A DNA stretch of 64,000 bases from a virus: the IMG/VR virus record IMGVR_UViG_3300045988_028354, one strand, 5' to 3'. Under the pieces are notes generated by a model, which did no database searches, was not told the DNA's origin, and was given only the letters and a program-made list of their open reading frames with translations. Shown here piece by piece: positions 18,795 through 27,939 of this stretch. Every line of letters begins with the position of its first letter. The stretch's first letter is position 1. The position numbers and the translations under genes are program-made.

Positions 18795-20747
18795 TTAGTT
18801 TAATCCTAAAGATATACCAGTAAAATCTTGTTGACCACCAGGAGCAAAGTCTCCAGCTTCGTTTCCATCTACTGATATATTAATTCTTGAATCCTTGAAT
18901 CCATCTCTGATTGCACCTCTAACTGCATCAATAAATGCTTGTTGGTTTCTGTCTTGAATAGAAGCTTTGGTTTCTTCTGAGTTTAATGCAGCAGTGTTAT
19001 TATCCACCGAATTAGTAAGACCTCCTATTACTTCTATCAATGCAGGGATAGCTATAGAAGCTAGTAGTCCCCAAGGCCCACCTAAGAATCCTAAAAGTCT
19101 ACCACCAAGTAATCTAGCACCAAACCCCATAGCACCTTTCTTAGCAATCTGTTGGCCTGCAGTTTTAGTTACATTAGAACCTATTGCTGTACCAACTCCC
19201 ATACCTGCAAGTGTACTCATTGAAGTAAATCTTCCTCTTGCATCTCTTGCTACTACAGTACCTTTCTTGGTTTTACCTATAGCACCTCCCATTGGCAATG
19301 CAAAGAATTTACCTGGAGCCATTTGCATAGCAGTCATCCTCATCATCATTGCAGAGATATTTCTCATATGACCTTCAAGGATAGTAGCTTGAACATTAGT
19401 TCTTACCATACCTTCTGCCATACCATTAGTCTCGGTAGTAGCTAAAGCTTGGAAAGTACCAATCATTTTGATTGTACCTTGAATAAATTTGAAGCCTTGA
19501 TATAAAGTACCTACTACTGCTCCAGTTGCAACTACCTTTACCAAGAACTTACCTGCCCAAGTTTCTTGTATACTGTTAATAATCTTTAGGATACCAGAAC
19601 CCAATTTAAGTACTGGGCTAAAGACTTCAGCAAGTGTAGAACCTGCAGTTACAATAAAGTTCTCCCAGTTTGATTTAAACTGTTCGATAATACCAGCAGG
19701 AGTTTGTAATCTTTCTTGAGTTAAGTTTTCTACTGTACCGTTTGCACCTGCAACCTTATCCATAAGTTCTGTAAGCTTATTAGCTCCAGTCCAGTAATCC
19801 TGAAGTAAAGCTGAGGCAGCTCTTGTACCACGAACTCCAAAGATATTGAATAAAGCAGAGGAGATATCTATTCCTCGTTTACCTCTAAGTTTATCTCCCA
19901 GGATAGATATAATCTTATCTAATCTCAAAAGATTGCCAGAGGCATCTACTAGAGAAGCTGGGTCTATACCTAAAGATTTTAGCATCTCACCACCTCCCTT
20001 TTTCTGCCCGGTTACAGAAAGGGTTAAATAACGCATCATATTTGCTAATGCAGTACCTGCTGATGAAGCTTGTATACCTTGATTACCAAGTACTCCAATG
20101 GCTGCAGCTGCATCACCCATACTGATTTTAGCATTTCGAAATTCTGCTCCTGAATATTGGAAAGATTGGGCAAGGTCAGTTAAAGAAATATTTGCAGAGG
20201 TTACTGCAGTTGCCAATTGGTCTACTACCTGGGTAGCATTCTGTGAAGGTATATTAAATGTCTGCATGATGTTAGTCATCAAGTCAGCAACTCCACCTTT
20301 CTGACCAAGAGGCATACTGAAGATAGAAGCCAGCTTAGCTGCAGGGCCAATCATTCTTTCGATTTGCTCTACATTATTACCGGCCATTGCCAAGTACCTT
20401 TCACCTGATGCAATATCTGCAGCAGCAAGAGGAGTTACCTCATTGACTTCTTTGGCTACTTGCATTAGCCTTGCCTGTTGAGCAGCATTGGCTCCAGACA
20501 TTTTAGAAGCTAAGAATACTTGGTCGTATACCCCTGCAGAATATTGGTAGGCCCTTGCCATACCTCCAACCAATTCTTTTCCAAACTCAAAAGCATTAGA
20601 GGTTGACATTTGAATACCTCGATTCCAGGTATTCATATCGTTCATCATTGTTCTGAATGAATTCGATATTCTGCCAGCCTCATTAGAGAATCGGTCTCTT
20701 AATACCATTGCAACACCGACCTCGACTAAGCTTCTTCTGTCTATCAT
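18795..20747 (-). CDS. tail tape measure protein
   Basis: 650 aa, A/G/M-rich helical protein with a Gly-rich hydrophobic segment. Lies after the chaperone. Confidence 0.85.
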   Translation of the reverse strand: MIDRRSLVEVGVAMVLRDRFSNEAGRISNSFRTMMNDMNTWNRGIQMSTSNAFEFGKELVGGMARAYQYSAGVYDQVFLASKMSGANAAQQARLMQVAKEVNEVTPLAAADIASGERYLAMAGNNVEQIERMIGPAAKLASIFSMPLGQKGGVADLMTNIMQTFNIPSQNATQVVDQLATAVTSANISLTDLAQSFQYSGAEFRNAKISMGDAAAAIGVLGNQGIQASSAGTALANMMRYLTLSVTGQKKGGGEMLKSLGIDPASLVDASGNLLRLDKIISILGDKLRGKRGIDISSALFNIFGVRGTRAASALLQDYWTGANKLTELMDKVAGANGTVENLTQERLQTPAGIIEQFKSNWENFIVTAGSTLAEVFSPVLKLGSGILKIINSIQETWAGKFLVKVVATGAVVGTLYQGFKFIQGTIKMIGTFQALATTETNGMAEGMVRTNVQATILEGHMRNISAMMMRMTAMQMAPGKFFALPMGGAIGKTKKGTVVARDARGRFTSMSTLAGMGVGTAIGSNVTKTAGQQIAKKGAMGFGARLLGGRLLGFLGGPWGLLASIAIPALIEVIGGLTNSVDNNTAALNSEETKASIQDRNQQAFIDAVRGAIRDGFKDSRINISVDGNEAGDFAPGGQQDFTGISLGLN

Positions 20748-20919
20748 TTTCTAGTTTTCTTTTTTAAGTTTTCATAATACTCATCGGCTATATCCTTAAA
20801 TCTTTTCCTTTCTCTATACGGAAGACGCAAAAAGCTGAGATAGTCAATGGCTACCTCAGCTCTACATATATAAGTGAATGTACCTGGATGGTCTACGCTT
20901 CCGTCAGGTAGAAAAAAGT
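20744..20919 (-). other. programmed -1 ribosomal frameshift site (T_TTT_TTC) plus 55-codon extension of the tail assembly chaperone
   Basis: Heptamer at 20917..20911 in the zero frame ACT TTT TTC. Hand translation of the -1 frame is open to the TGA at 20746..20744, which overlaps the TMP ATG. Confidence 0.7.
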
Positions 20920-21663
20920 CGGTGAAAGCATTATAGGATACTTATCAATTCTTCCAGGTATACTCGGATGTTCTACATCGGTATTACCATCGAAGACTGG
21001 GTCATAAGCAAAGATTGTTTTACGAATCTCTGCAATATCTCTTACTGAGAATAAATGGAAGCTTTCTACCTTTTCCCATTTACCATCAATCTGAAGATGT
21101 AAGTTCCTTGCAATCAATGCAGCATTGCGAGTTTGTTTTTCTACGGGCAAAGTAACCAACATCCTTTCTCCTGCACCTGTAAGCAAATCGAATTTAACTA
21201 CCTTACCTGAAGATAGAGTTACTTCATAATCAGTAAGCTTACCTGGTTGAGGATAATAGGGGATAGCATTGGGTTTATCTGCCAATTCCTTTTCTGTAGG
21301 AAGTTCTCCATAGTTATCGAATAACATTTCACTTAAGGATTGACCATAAGTTTGTACTCCACCTTCTTGGCCCCAATCATATTCGAATTCTACTTCATCA
21401 CCGAGTGAAAAGATTCGTGATTGGAATAAGATACAGTACCGGTCATTCAAAGGTATACGGTCTGCATCTTCTACCGTTAATCTACGAGTACCAGTAAAGT
21501 CTGTATCGACTACGATTGCCTGAATGAACTTAGTAAGGTTCATAAGGTTTCTTACATCCATAGGATTAGATAAGATATCCTCATCTGCACCATTCTGTTC
21601 CCTGATTGAATATCTATAACCTGATGGGGTTATGAACTCATGTGTTCTACAATTTAATTCCAT
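20893..21663 (-). CDS. tail assembly chaperone (zero-frame product)
   Basis: Lies between the tube and tape measure genes. Slippery site 5 codons before the stop. Confidence 0.6.
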   Translation of the reverse strand: MELNCRTHEFITPSGYRYSIREQNGADEDILSNPMDVRNLMNLTKFIQAIVVDTDFTGTRRLTVEDADRIPLNDRYCILFQSRIFSLGDEVEFEYDWGQEGGVQTYGQSLSEMLFDNYGELPTEKELADKPNAIPYYPQPGKLTDYEVTLSSGKVVKFDLLTGAGERMLVTLPVEKQTRNAALIARNLHLQIDGKWEKVESFHLFSVRDIAEIRKTIFAYDPVFDGNTDVEHPSIPGRIDKYPIMLSPTFFYLTEA

Positions 21664-21717
21664 GTTTAAATAAGTTATTTGGTTATACTTTAGTTCATAG
21701 TGTTCGCTGTAACAACA

Positions 21718-21738
21718 AGAAAGGGGTGAGCCCTTTCT
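21718..21738 (-). terminator. stem-loop attenuator after tube gene
   Basis: agaaaggg-gtgag-ccctttct, an 8-bp stem. Confidence 0.45.
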
Positions 21739-21791
21739 AGGAATCCCACCCCTCCCACCTAAAAATCTTAGTGAAAATAGACTAAGCGTTT

Positions 21792-22256
21792 TTAATACTT
21801 ATCTACAGTACCTACTGAGAATTCGATACTTTCGATAGTGTTCTCTGAAGCCATTCTGTCCAGGTCTAAACCTGTAATCTTACATGGCCATACCTCTTCG
21901 AAGAGGTGGGTGTTAAGTACGGAAACTCCATCTTCGGCAAGTTCATTTACGATTACATTTTCCCAGTATTGGCTTGGTACCAAACCTCCACCAGCAATCA
22001 TATCCTGGCATGAATAAAGCCAATCATGAAGCCATGTATCTGAACCTGCAGTAGTTAAAAGTTTACCTACTACTAAGTTACCTACAGTAACTCTACCGGC
22101 AGTTTTAACATCCCGGTTAACGTCTCCATGAGCAACCTGGTCAATCTCTACATCTGGCAAAGTACAAGTTTGGAACAGATAAGTATTGATTGGGTGCTTA
22201 GGGAATGTGATACTCCAAAGGAATTTCTTTCTTGGATTCTTTACTTTTGCTCCCAT
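21792..22256 (-). CDS. tail tube protein
   Basis: 154 aa, immediately downstream of the sheath gene. Confidence 0.7.
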   Translation of the reverse strand: MGAKVKNPRKKFLWSITFPKHPINTYLFQTCTLPDVEIDQVAHGDVNRDVKTAGRVTVGNLVVGKLLTTAGSDTWLHDWLYSCQDMIAGGGLVPSQYWENVIVNELAEDGVSVLNTHLFEEVWPCKITGLDLDRMASENTIESIEFSVGTVDKY

Positions 22257-22268
22257 TGTTTTCTGATT

Positions 22269-24050
22269 TTATTCGTTAATATCTTGAACGGATACGGACT
22301 TGGATGCCTGGTCAATATAGATGCCCATAGTGATTTCTTGCATCGGAACGATATCCTTGAATTTCAAGATTGCTTTGTATTTACCCTGACGAACATCGGC
22401 TTCATTGTTTACCGATAAGTCATTGTACGAGTTAGCGTCTTGGTCACCCATCCAGGTGTATTCAGACATAGCATCTTCATCTACTAAGTTATCCAGCATT
22501 GGTTTAACTTCTAGATAAATCTTATTCCAAGTATTCCAGATATTTGGTTCTTCCAAATACTTTTCTAGAATAGGTCTAAGATTCTTTTTGAGATACAGAT
22601 TCAATCTTACAATTGCAAGGAATCTTTCGGAATCCTGTTTTACCTGAGAAGAGAAACAATGCCATAACAAAGTTTGTTTACCCTGATTAGGAACATCTTT
22701 GATACAGATTATGTTTACATAATTCTGTGCCAATTCGTTGAGTTCTTTAGTTCTTGAAGGAGAACCATAGTTCGGGCATACCGGACCATTACCGTCGTAG
22801 ATAATACCACGATTCATACCGGCAAAGGATTTCCAAGGTCCGAATTGAGAAGCAGAAGCATCTCCCAATCCTGCAATGGTACCAAGAACATCGGAGTCTA
22901 CCAAGTTACCATCGGCATTGTAGTATTTAATACCACCACCGAAGTAAGCAACATATTTACTGTTACCTACAGTACCAAGGCAAGTTTGAATCCAAGTGAT
23001 TATTGATTTCAAATCTCTTGGTTGGTCACCCTGAGTATAATGAGTAGTATATTTTGGTACTTCAATGTAGTAGGTATATTCTTGCAGTTCCTTAACCATA
23101 TCTACAGCAGCCTTGTGTACTTTAAGTACATCGGCAGAAGCTTCAAGATGTTGGTCAATATGTGAACAGAAGATTTGGTATACATCTACGTAATCCTTAA
23201 CGAATTCCAGAGAAGCAATCCATTCGTCTGAAGTAGGAGTACTACCAGCACTACCAATGGTACCATTCAATTTTACTCCATCGGTAGTGATGGCAGCACC
23301 ATTGAGTTTGATATCAATTGGGTTTCTTGTTCCATCTACATCATCGGTTAACCATTTGATGAAGTTGTTCCAAGATTTGATGTTCTCTGTCTTTTCAGTT
23401 AATACCGGAACGATATATTCTGAGTTCTTTGCAAATGCACTTAGAGCAAGGTAGTCTACAGAAGTATCATTGTTATCATCTGCAGTTTTGTAAGTTACTA
23501 CAGGACCTTGTTCAAGTACCTGACCGTTAGCACTGATTACTTGGTAGTAAACGGTGTTAGCCTGTTTGTAAATATTCATAGAGAATGTTTCAGCACTACC
23601 AACTGGGTCTCCATAACCTTTGGTTACCAAACCAAAGCCAACAGCAACTGAACCAGAAGCGAACTTAAAAAGAGTAGAAGCAGTTGGTTCCTCTGGAGTT
23701 GCAGATGCTACTACTGGAGAACCGTCTTCAGCAGCTTTAGGAGCAGATGCAGCTTTAGCTCTTGCTGCAGCAGATACTACACCTTTAGTTGCACCTTTAC
23801 CAAGTACACGAATAACACGAAGCTTAGAACCACCATTGAAAGCCTTTTCGATGTTTGATACAGAACCATCTGGTACTATCTCAGAACCAAAAACTCTTTG
23901 GAATTGAGAAAAAGATTGGATGAGTTCTGACGGGTCATCATAAGGACCTTTAGTAGTTCTAGCCAATACACATGAAACTCCTAACATAGGAGTAGTTTGA
24001 AGAACATTGTTGTTCTTAAACTCGAAATTTACAGATGGTGAATTAGGCAT
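22269..24050 (-). CDS. contractile tail sheath protein
   Basis: 593 aa. Sheath-like C-terminal pattern VLGTIAGLGDASASQFGPWKSFAGMNRGII...NYVNIICIK. Confidence 0.85.
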   Translation of the reverse strand: MPNSPSVNFEFKNNNVLQTTPMLGVSCVLARTTKGPYDDPSELIQSFSQFQRVFGSEIVPDGSVSNIEKAFNGGSKLRVIRVLGKGATKGVVSAAARAKAASAPKAAEDGSPVVASATPEEPTASTLFKFASGSVAVGFGLVTKGYGDPVGSAETFSMNIYKQANTVYYQVISANGQVLEQGPVVTYKTADDNNDTSVDYLALSAFAKNSEYIVPVLTEKTENIKSWNNFIKWLTDDVDGTRNPIDIKLNGAAITTDGVKLNGTIGSAGSTPTSDEWIASLEFVKDYVDVYQIFCSHIDQHLEASADVLKVHKAAVDMVKELQEYTYYIEVPKYTTHYTQGDQPRDLKSIITWIQTCLGTVGNSKYVAYFGGGIKYYNADGNLVDSDVLGTIAGLGDASASQFGPWKSFAGMNRGIIYDGNGPVCPNYGSPSRTKELNELAQNYVNIICIKDVPNQGKQTLLWHCFSSQVKQDSERFLAIVRLNLYLKKNLRPILEKYLEEPNIWNTWNKIYLEVKPMLDNLVDEDAMSEYTWMGDQDANSYNDLSVNNEADVRQGKYKAILKFKDIVPMQEITMGIYIDQASKSVSVQDINE

Positions 24051-24103
24051 ATTTATACTAATTAAGTTAATTACTCATTTATTTAATACCCTCTAGTATT
24101 GAG

Positions 24104-24802
24104 CTATTTTACGTTAAGGTTAAGTAAATCAGATTCTTGCTTTTCGGTTAGTCCAATCAATACTGAGATATCTTGAATTGGTACAAGTTCACCCTCTTCA
24201 GCAAGCTTCTCAGGTAATATACCATCCTTACAAGTGTACTGATATACTTTTTCAAGTAGACCATGACTCTCATCTGGGTGGTCATAGTAATTACCTATTT
24301 CGATAAATAGGTTTCCTGTTGGTGCTACCCGACCATCTTCCCATTCTTCTAAGTTATTATAATAAGGTCTTACGTATCCTCGAGAAGGTAATGCTTCATA
24401 CATAATATTATGAAGTAACCTCATATCGGCTTGAGTATTAGATACCAAGTGAATGTCTAGAGTTATATCTTTCGTTTCATAGGGAAATTCAGATGCTTGG
24501 TAATTCCCACCCTCTAGCTTATCACCAATGATATATTTGTTAACACCTATATCACCATTATAGAACCCTTGCAGTTCAATGGTAATTCTAGGGCATGTCT
24601 TTGCACCCTTAACCTGATTATTACCTATACCAAATATGGGAATGAATTTAGGCATAGCATCCTTATCTGCTTGAAACCTTTTTTCATTCTCTTGTGATAA
24701 TGGTAAGTAGTCTTCAGGGTTAAGAGTTAAACCTTTCTTAAGTGCTGTTTGTAATAGGCAAATATAAAAGGTTCTTTCTACGATTTCTTCTGTATTTACC
24801 AT
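24104..24802 (-). CDS. virion structural protein (neck / tail terminator region)
   Basis: Position upstream of the sheath gene only. Confidence 0.45.
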   Translation of the reverse strand: MVNTEEIVERTFYICLLQTALKKGLTLNPEDYLPLSQENEKRFQADKDAMPKFIPIFGIGNNQVKGAKTCPRITIELQGFYNGDIGVNKYIIGDKLEGGNYQASEFPYETKDITLDIHLVSNTQADMRLLHNIMYEALPSRGYVRPYYNNLEEWEDGRVAPTGNLFIEIGNYYDHPDESHGLLEKVYQYTCKDGILPEKLAEEGELVPIQDISVLIGLTEKQESDLLNLNVK

Positions 24803-24803
24803 A

Positions 24804-25697
24804 TTATACTAATTGAGGTATTAATATTACATTAAACTGGTATGTACCACCATCAGTAAATATACATTCCCAACCTCCTGAAGTACTACCAAACATAGCT
24901 CCTGCATCTTTTCTTCCTCGGGCAGTTGCTGAGAAAGTAGCCTGTGCTGAATTAGCTATATTACCGTAGTCGGTAATCCAATAGTATAGTTTAGTACCTG
25001 AGTTAATATCTGCAGCTTGTTGAGTTTGAGATATAGTAGGTATTTTAAAAGCCATTACCTCTTGTGATACTTGTTTTCCTTCTATGAGTTTACTTCTATA
25101 CCCAGTAATACTAAATCCTGCTGAAGTTTCGTAAGCATTTAAGATTTGGTCTTTTGGTATACCTAAATTAACTGCAGCAGGTTCTACCCAGTATCTATAT
25201 GATACTTCTCCAGCAGCTTGAGTTACAGTTACAGTTTTAGTTAGACCACCAACTTGCTTGATAGTTATAGTTCCGCTAAGAAGTTGTTCTGTGTGATTCT
25301 TAGAAGTAATGGATACCTCTAGAGTCTTTTCTTCATTGTCCATAAATCTTAGTCCAGCAGTAAAGGGTGGTTCCTCTAAGAATTCTGCCGTAACCTCTAC
25401 ATTTTCCCAATCTCCTTGGGGTGTACCATTAATCATTTCCCTACGTTGAGAAGTGATTGTCAAAGTATCAGAGCCACCCTTACCCAATAGGTTGATGGCT
25501 TCCTTATCTACCTCTAATTTGTATTCGTAGTTAAGGCTGCCTTTCTTTTGAATAAGATTTACAGTCTTAGGTACTCCATTAACTGTAATGGTAAGGATGG
25601 CTTTCTTATCTGCTTCTGTATCATTCACTTTTAATGGATGTACCATTACAAGTGCAGGACCAGTACCAGATGTTTTATCTGCTTCAAAATCTGCCAT
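24804..25697 (-). CDS. BACON/Ig-like repeat structural protein
   Basis: Two units ending ...KTVNLIQKKG and ...LLSGTITIKQVGGLTKTVTVTQAAGEVSYRY, the same signature as the 1346-aa protein. Confidence 0.5.
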   Translation of the reverse strand: MADFEADKTSGTGPALVMVHPLKVNDTEADKKAILTITVNGVPKTVNLIQKKGSLNYEYKLEVDKEAINLLGKGGSDTLTITSQRREMINGTPQGDWENVEVTAEFLEEPPFTAGLRFMDNEEKTLEVSITSKNHTEQLLSGTITIKQVGGLTKTVTVTQAAGEVSYRYWVEPAAVNLGIPKDQILNAYETSAGFSITGYRSKLIEGKQVSQEVMAFKIPTISQTQQAADINSGTKLYYWITDYGNIANSAQATFSATARGRKDAGAMFGSTSGGWECIFTDGGTYQFNVILIPQLV

Positions 25698-26257
25698 TAC
25701 TTTGTATATTTTCTAAGTTCTTTTCTTAATTGATTTCGTATCTCTTTCTCTAAAACTACGTTTCCACCTGCTGCCTCGAAAGCAGGTTTCCATAAAGGAC
25801 GAGGTGGAAGATTACCATCTCTACTACCATATTCCAACATGATAGCGATTTGATTAAGTGTTTTTCGAGAAGTTCTACCAGAGTATGTTATCTTCCTTAA
25901 ACCTGGAGGAAGACCAACAAAGGTTCTATCTTTCTGAGTTACCATAGTAACTGACCTTGCATATTGACCAGTAAGATTTAATAGGGTATGTGCTCCATAC
26001 TTCTTAAGTGTAGCAGTAGCATGAGGAGGCCAAGAAACTTTGGAACCCGGTGGAGGTAGACCATTATTTAAACTACGTCTTACTATACGAAGAAGTTGAT
26101 TACCAAACTTCCTAGTACCTAACTCATAACCGAGTTTCATAATACTGGGAGTTTTAGCAATCAACCTCTCAGCCTGACGTTGTTTAACGGGGTCTACATA
26201 AATCTGAATATCACATAGATTATTCGAGAGGTTTATGTTAACCTTTTTGCTTGGCAT
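25697..26257 (-). CDS. head-tail joining / neck protein (HK97 gp10- or Mu G-like)
   Basis: Size, position and LLNLTGQYARSV-type motif. Confidence 0.4.
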   Translation of the reverse strand: MPSKKVNINLSNNLCDIQIYVDPVKQRQAERLIAKTPSIMKLGYELGTRKFGNQLLRIVRRSLNNGLPPPGSKVSWPPHATATLKKYGAHTLLNLTGQYARSVTMVTQKDRTFVGLPPGLRKITYSGRTSRKTLNQIAIMLEYGSRDGNLPPRPLWKPAFEAAGGNVVLEKEIRNQLRKELRKYTK

Positions 26258-26792
26258 TGCTATTCTTATTTAATCCTAACTCACTGGCAATCTTCATAAG
26301 AATATCTTGTTGCATGGATAACTTCTCTGCTACCTCAGTTTTAAAAGCTTCGAATTCTTCTTGCTTATAAGCCGGAGCTGGTTGTTGTTGAGGAGTTAAC
26401 ATACCTTCAATGGTATGATAGATGTTATCACATTCAGTAACTATTGCCTCGTATTTATCTCGAGAATTTAGAATATTTACAGCAGTAGTCCTTTGGATAT
26501 TTACTTCGTTTACGATATTGCGTAAGTCGGTAGTGTAATAAACATTATTATAAATACCCTCTGCTAAATCTGTGGGAAGGTATATAGTAACAGCAGATAC
26601 AGAATCTTGAATAGAGATTTCTGTATTTGCGGCAAAGCTTCCATCTGGGCCAGTGGCTCTTGGTTTACTTTCACCAACTTTTAATACTTTAGCGGTATCA
26701 AAGATTGGATACCCAGAACGTCTGTCTCTCTCTAAGGTGTATATGGTATCACCTTTCTGCAATTTAGAAAAAATCAAATCTTCCATGTTCAT
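26238..26792 (-). CDS. hypothetical structural-module protein
   Basis: ORF coupled to its neighbours. Confidence 0.5.
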   Translation of the reverse strand: MNMEDLIFSKLQKGDTIYTLERDRRSGYPIFDTAKVLKVGESKPRATGPDGSFAANTEISIQDSVSAVTIYLPTDLAEGIYNNVYYTTDLRNIVNEVNIQRTTAVNILNSRDKYEAIVTECDNIYHTIEGMLTPQQQPAPAYKQEEFEAFKTEVAEKLSMQQDILMKIASELGLNKNSNAKQKG

Positions 26793-27019
26793 CTTTTATT
26801 AATTAAGTTTAAACCAAATGATACTGCACCTGGATTCCTTTGCATAAAGTCTACCAGGTTTAAGAATTGATAGTATCCAAATTGGTCAATGAGTGACTGT
26901 GCTTTGTTTGCTACTTCCTTTGCTATCTCTGCATTGGGAGCAGGCAATGTAAGTTGAATAGTGAAATCTTTTAGTTGATTTCTATTAGTTGGTTCTTTCT
27001 TAATCTCTTCACTTTCCAT
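26789..27019 (-). CDS. hypothetical small protein
   Basis: ORF with a 4-nt overlap to the next gene. Confidence 0.5.
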   Translation of the reverse strand: MESEEIKKEPTNRNQLKDFTIQLTLPAPNAEIAKEVANKAQSLIDQFGYYQFLNLVDFMQRNPGAVSFGLNLINKR

Positions 27020-27048
27020 ATCGTTTTATTTTTAGGTGGGTATAAACG

Positions 27049-27084
27049 AAAAAAAGGAGTACACCTATGTAAGATGCACTCCTT
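27049..27084 (-). terminator. rho-independent terminator
   Basis: Minus strand AAGGAGT..ACTCCTT stem followed by a T7 run. Confidence 0.7.
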
Positions 27085-27116
27085 CCTTAATTTGGCTTAC
27101 GTAATGATGACGGTCA

Positions 27117-27830
27117 TTACTGAGCCGGGGTTGTGGATGTAGTCTTAAGAGCTGCAACTACTGACTGGATAATGTTCTGGTCTCTCTGAGCATCTACTAC
27201 TCGGTTGAGACGGGCAATTTCCTGGTCTTTAGCAGTGTTCTCGATAAGACACTTGATTTCCTGTTGGCCATTCTTGAGGTCACAGCAGCAACGTTCAAGT
27301 TGAAGAGCCAATTCGGACTTCACTTCTTTAATCAAACCTTTAGTTTCGCAGCAACAATTCTGTTGTTCATGTTCCATCTGGCAAAGACGGTCCATAACAC
27401 GATTAAAGCCTGCTCCCATTTGGTCACGAGAATCCCGGATATCGGAATTGGTTTTGTATCCCAAATCACAAAGTCCTCTTTCCGTTGTGAAACGATTGTT
27501 AAGGATTTCTCTACCAACACCAGCAACATCTTTTGCAACTCCGCTGATTTCCTGAGTTACTCCTCTAGCAGCATCAGAAATATCTTTATAGATACCTGCC
27601 TTTGCTTCCTGAACAGTAGACTCTACTTTCTGAATGTCAGCTTTAGTGTCATTGATTTTGTCCAATACAGAAACTGCAGCAGCACCAAAACCACCACCTA
27701 CCAATGCACCACCGACTGCACCCCAACCGGAGCCCCAGCCTGAATTGCGTCCATTACAACAGCAACCATCATTACAACCGCGGTCAGCGACGATTACGCC
27801 CTCACCACCAGATTTAACTTCTACTCCCAT
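27117..27830 (-). CDS. Cys-triplet / glycine-zipper coiled-coil protein, function unknown
   Basis: GCNDGCCCNG, GWGSGWGAVGGALVGGGFGAAAVS, YtxH-like amphipathic repeats, then NCCCETK and RCCCDLK. Has its own terminator. GC visibly higher than its neighbours. Confidence 0.7.
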   Translation of the reverse strand: MGVEVKSGGEGVIVADRGCNDGCCCNGRNSGWGSGWGAVGGALVGGGFGAAAVSVLDKINDTKADIQKVESTVQEAKAGIYKDISDAARGVTQEISGVAKDVAGVGREILNNRFTTERGLCDLGYKTNSDIRDSRDQMGAGFNRVMDRLCQMEHEQQNCCCETKGLIKEVKSELALQLERCCCDLKNGQQEIKCLIENTAKDQEIARLNRVVDAQRDQNIIQSVVAALKTTSTTPAQ

Positions 27831-27881
27831 AATTTTTAAGTTTTAAGTTGTTAAACATAAATTTGATTTTTAAAGTTATTC

Positions 27882-27897
27882 GTATATGGCCATATAC
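27882..27897. repeat. perfect 16-bp palindrome GTATATGGCCATATAC
   Basis: Read directly from the sequence. Lies between the stop of the 1346-aa gene and the start of the Cys-triplet gene. Confidence 0.9.
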
Positions 27898-27939
27898 ATT
27901 AATAATGCTATAGTATCGTATTATTACTAATACAGAGAC

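Noticed and set aside
18967-20304. Plus-strand ORFs (18967..19371, 19846..20031, 20098..20304) antisense to the tape measure gene.
   Set aside because: They are antisense to a confidently called gene. Their products are Pro/Ala/Ile-rich, as expected from the reverse complement of Gly/Ala/Met-rich codons.
23257-23907. Plus-strand ORFs antisense to the sheath gene.
   Set aside because: Same reasoning: a by-product of relatively GC-rich, stop-poor antisense frames.
27264-27846. 159-aa and 70-aa plus-strand ORFs and a 68-aa nested minus-strand ORF within the Cys-triplet gene.
   Set aside because: The minus-strand 237-aa frame has a proper ATG, is followed by a strong terminator, and has coherent domain structure. 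The antisense frames are open only because of elevated GC.
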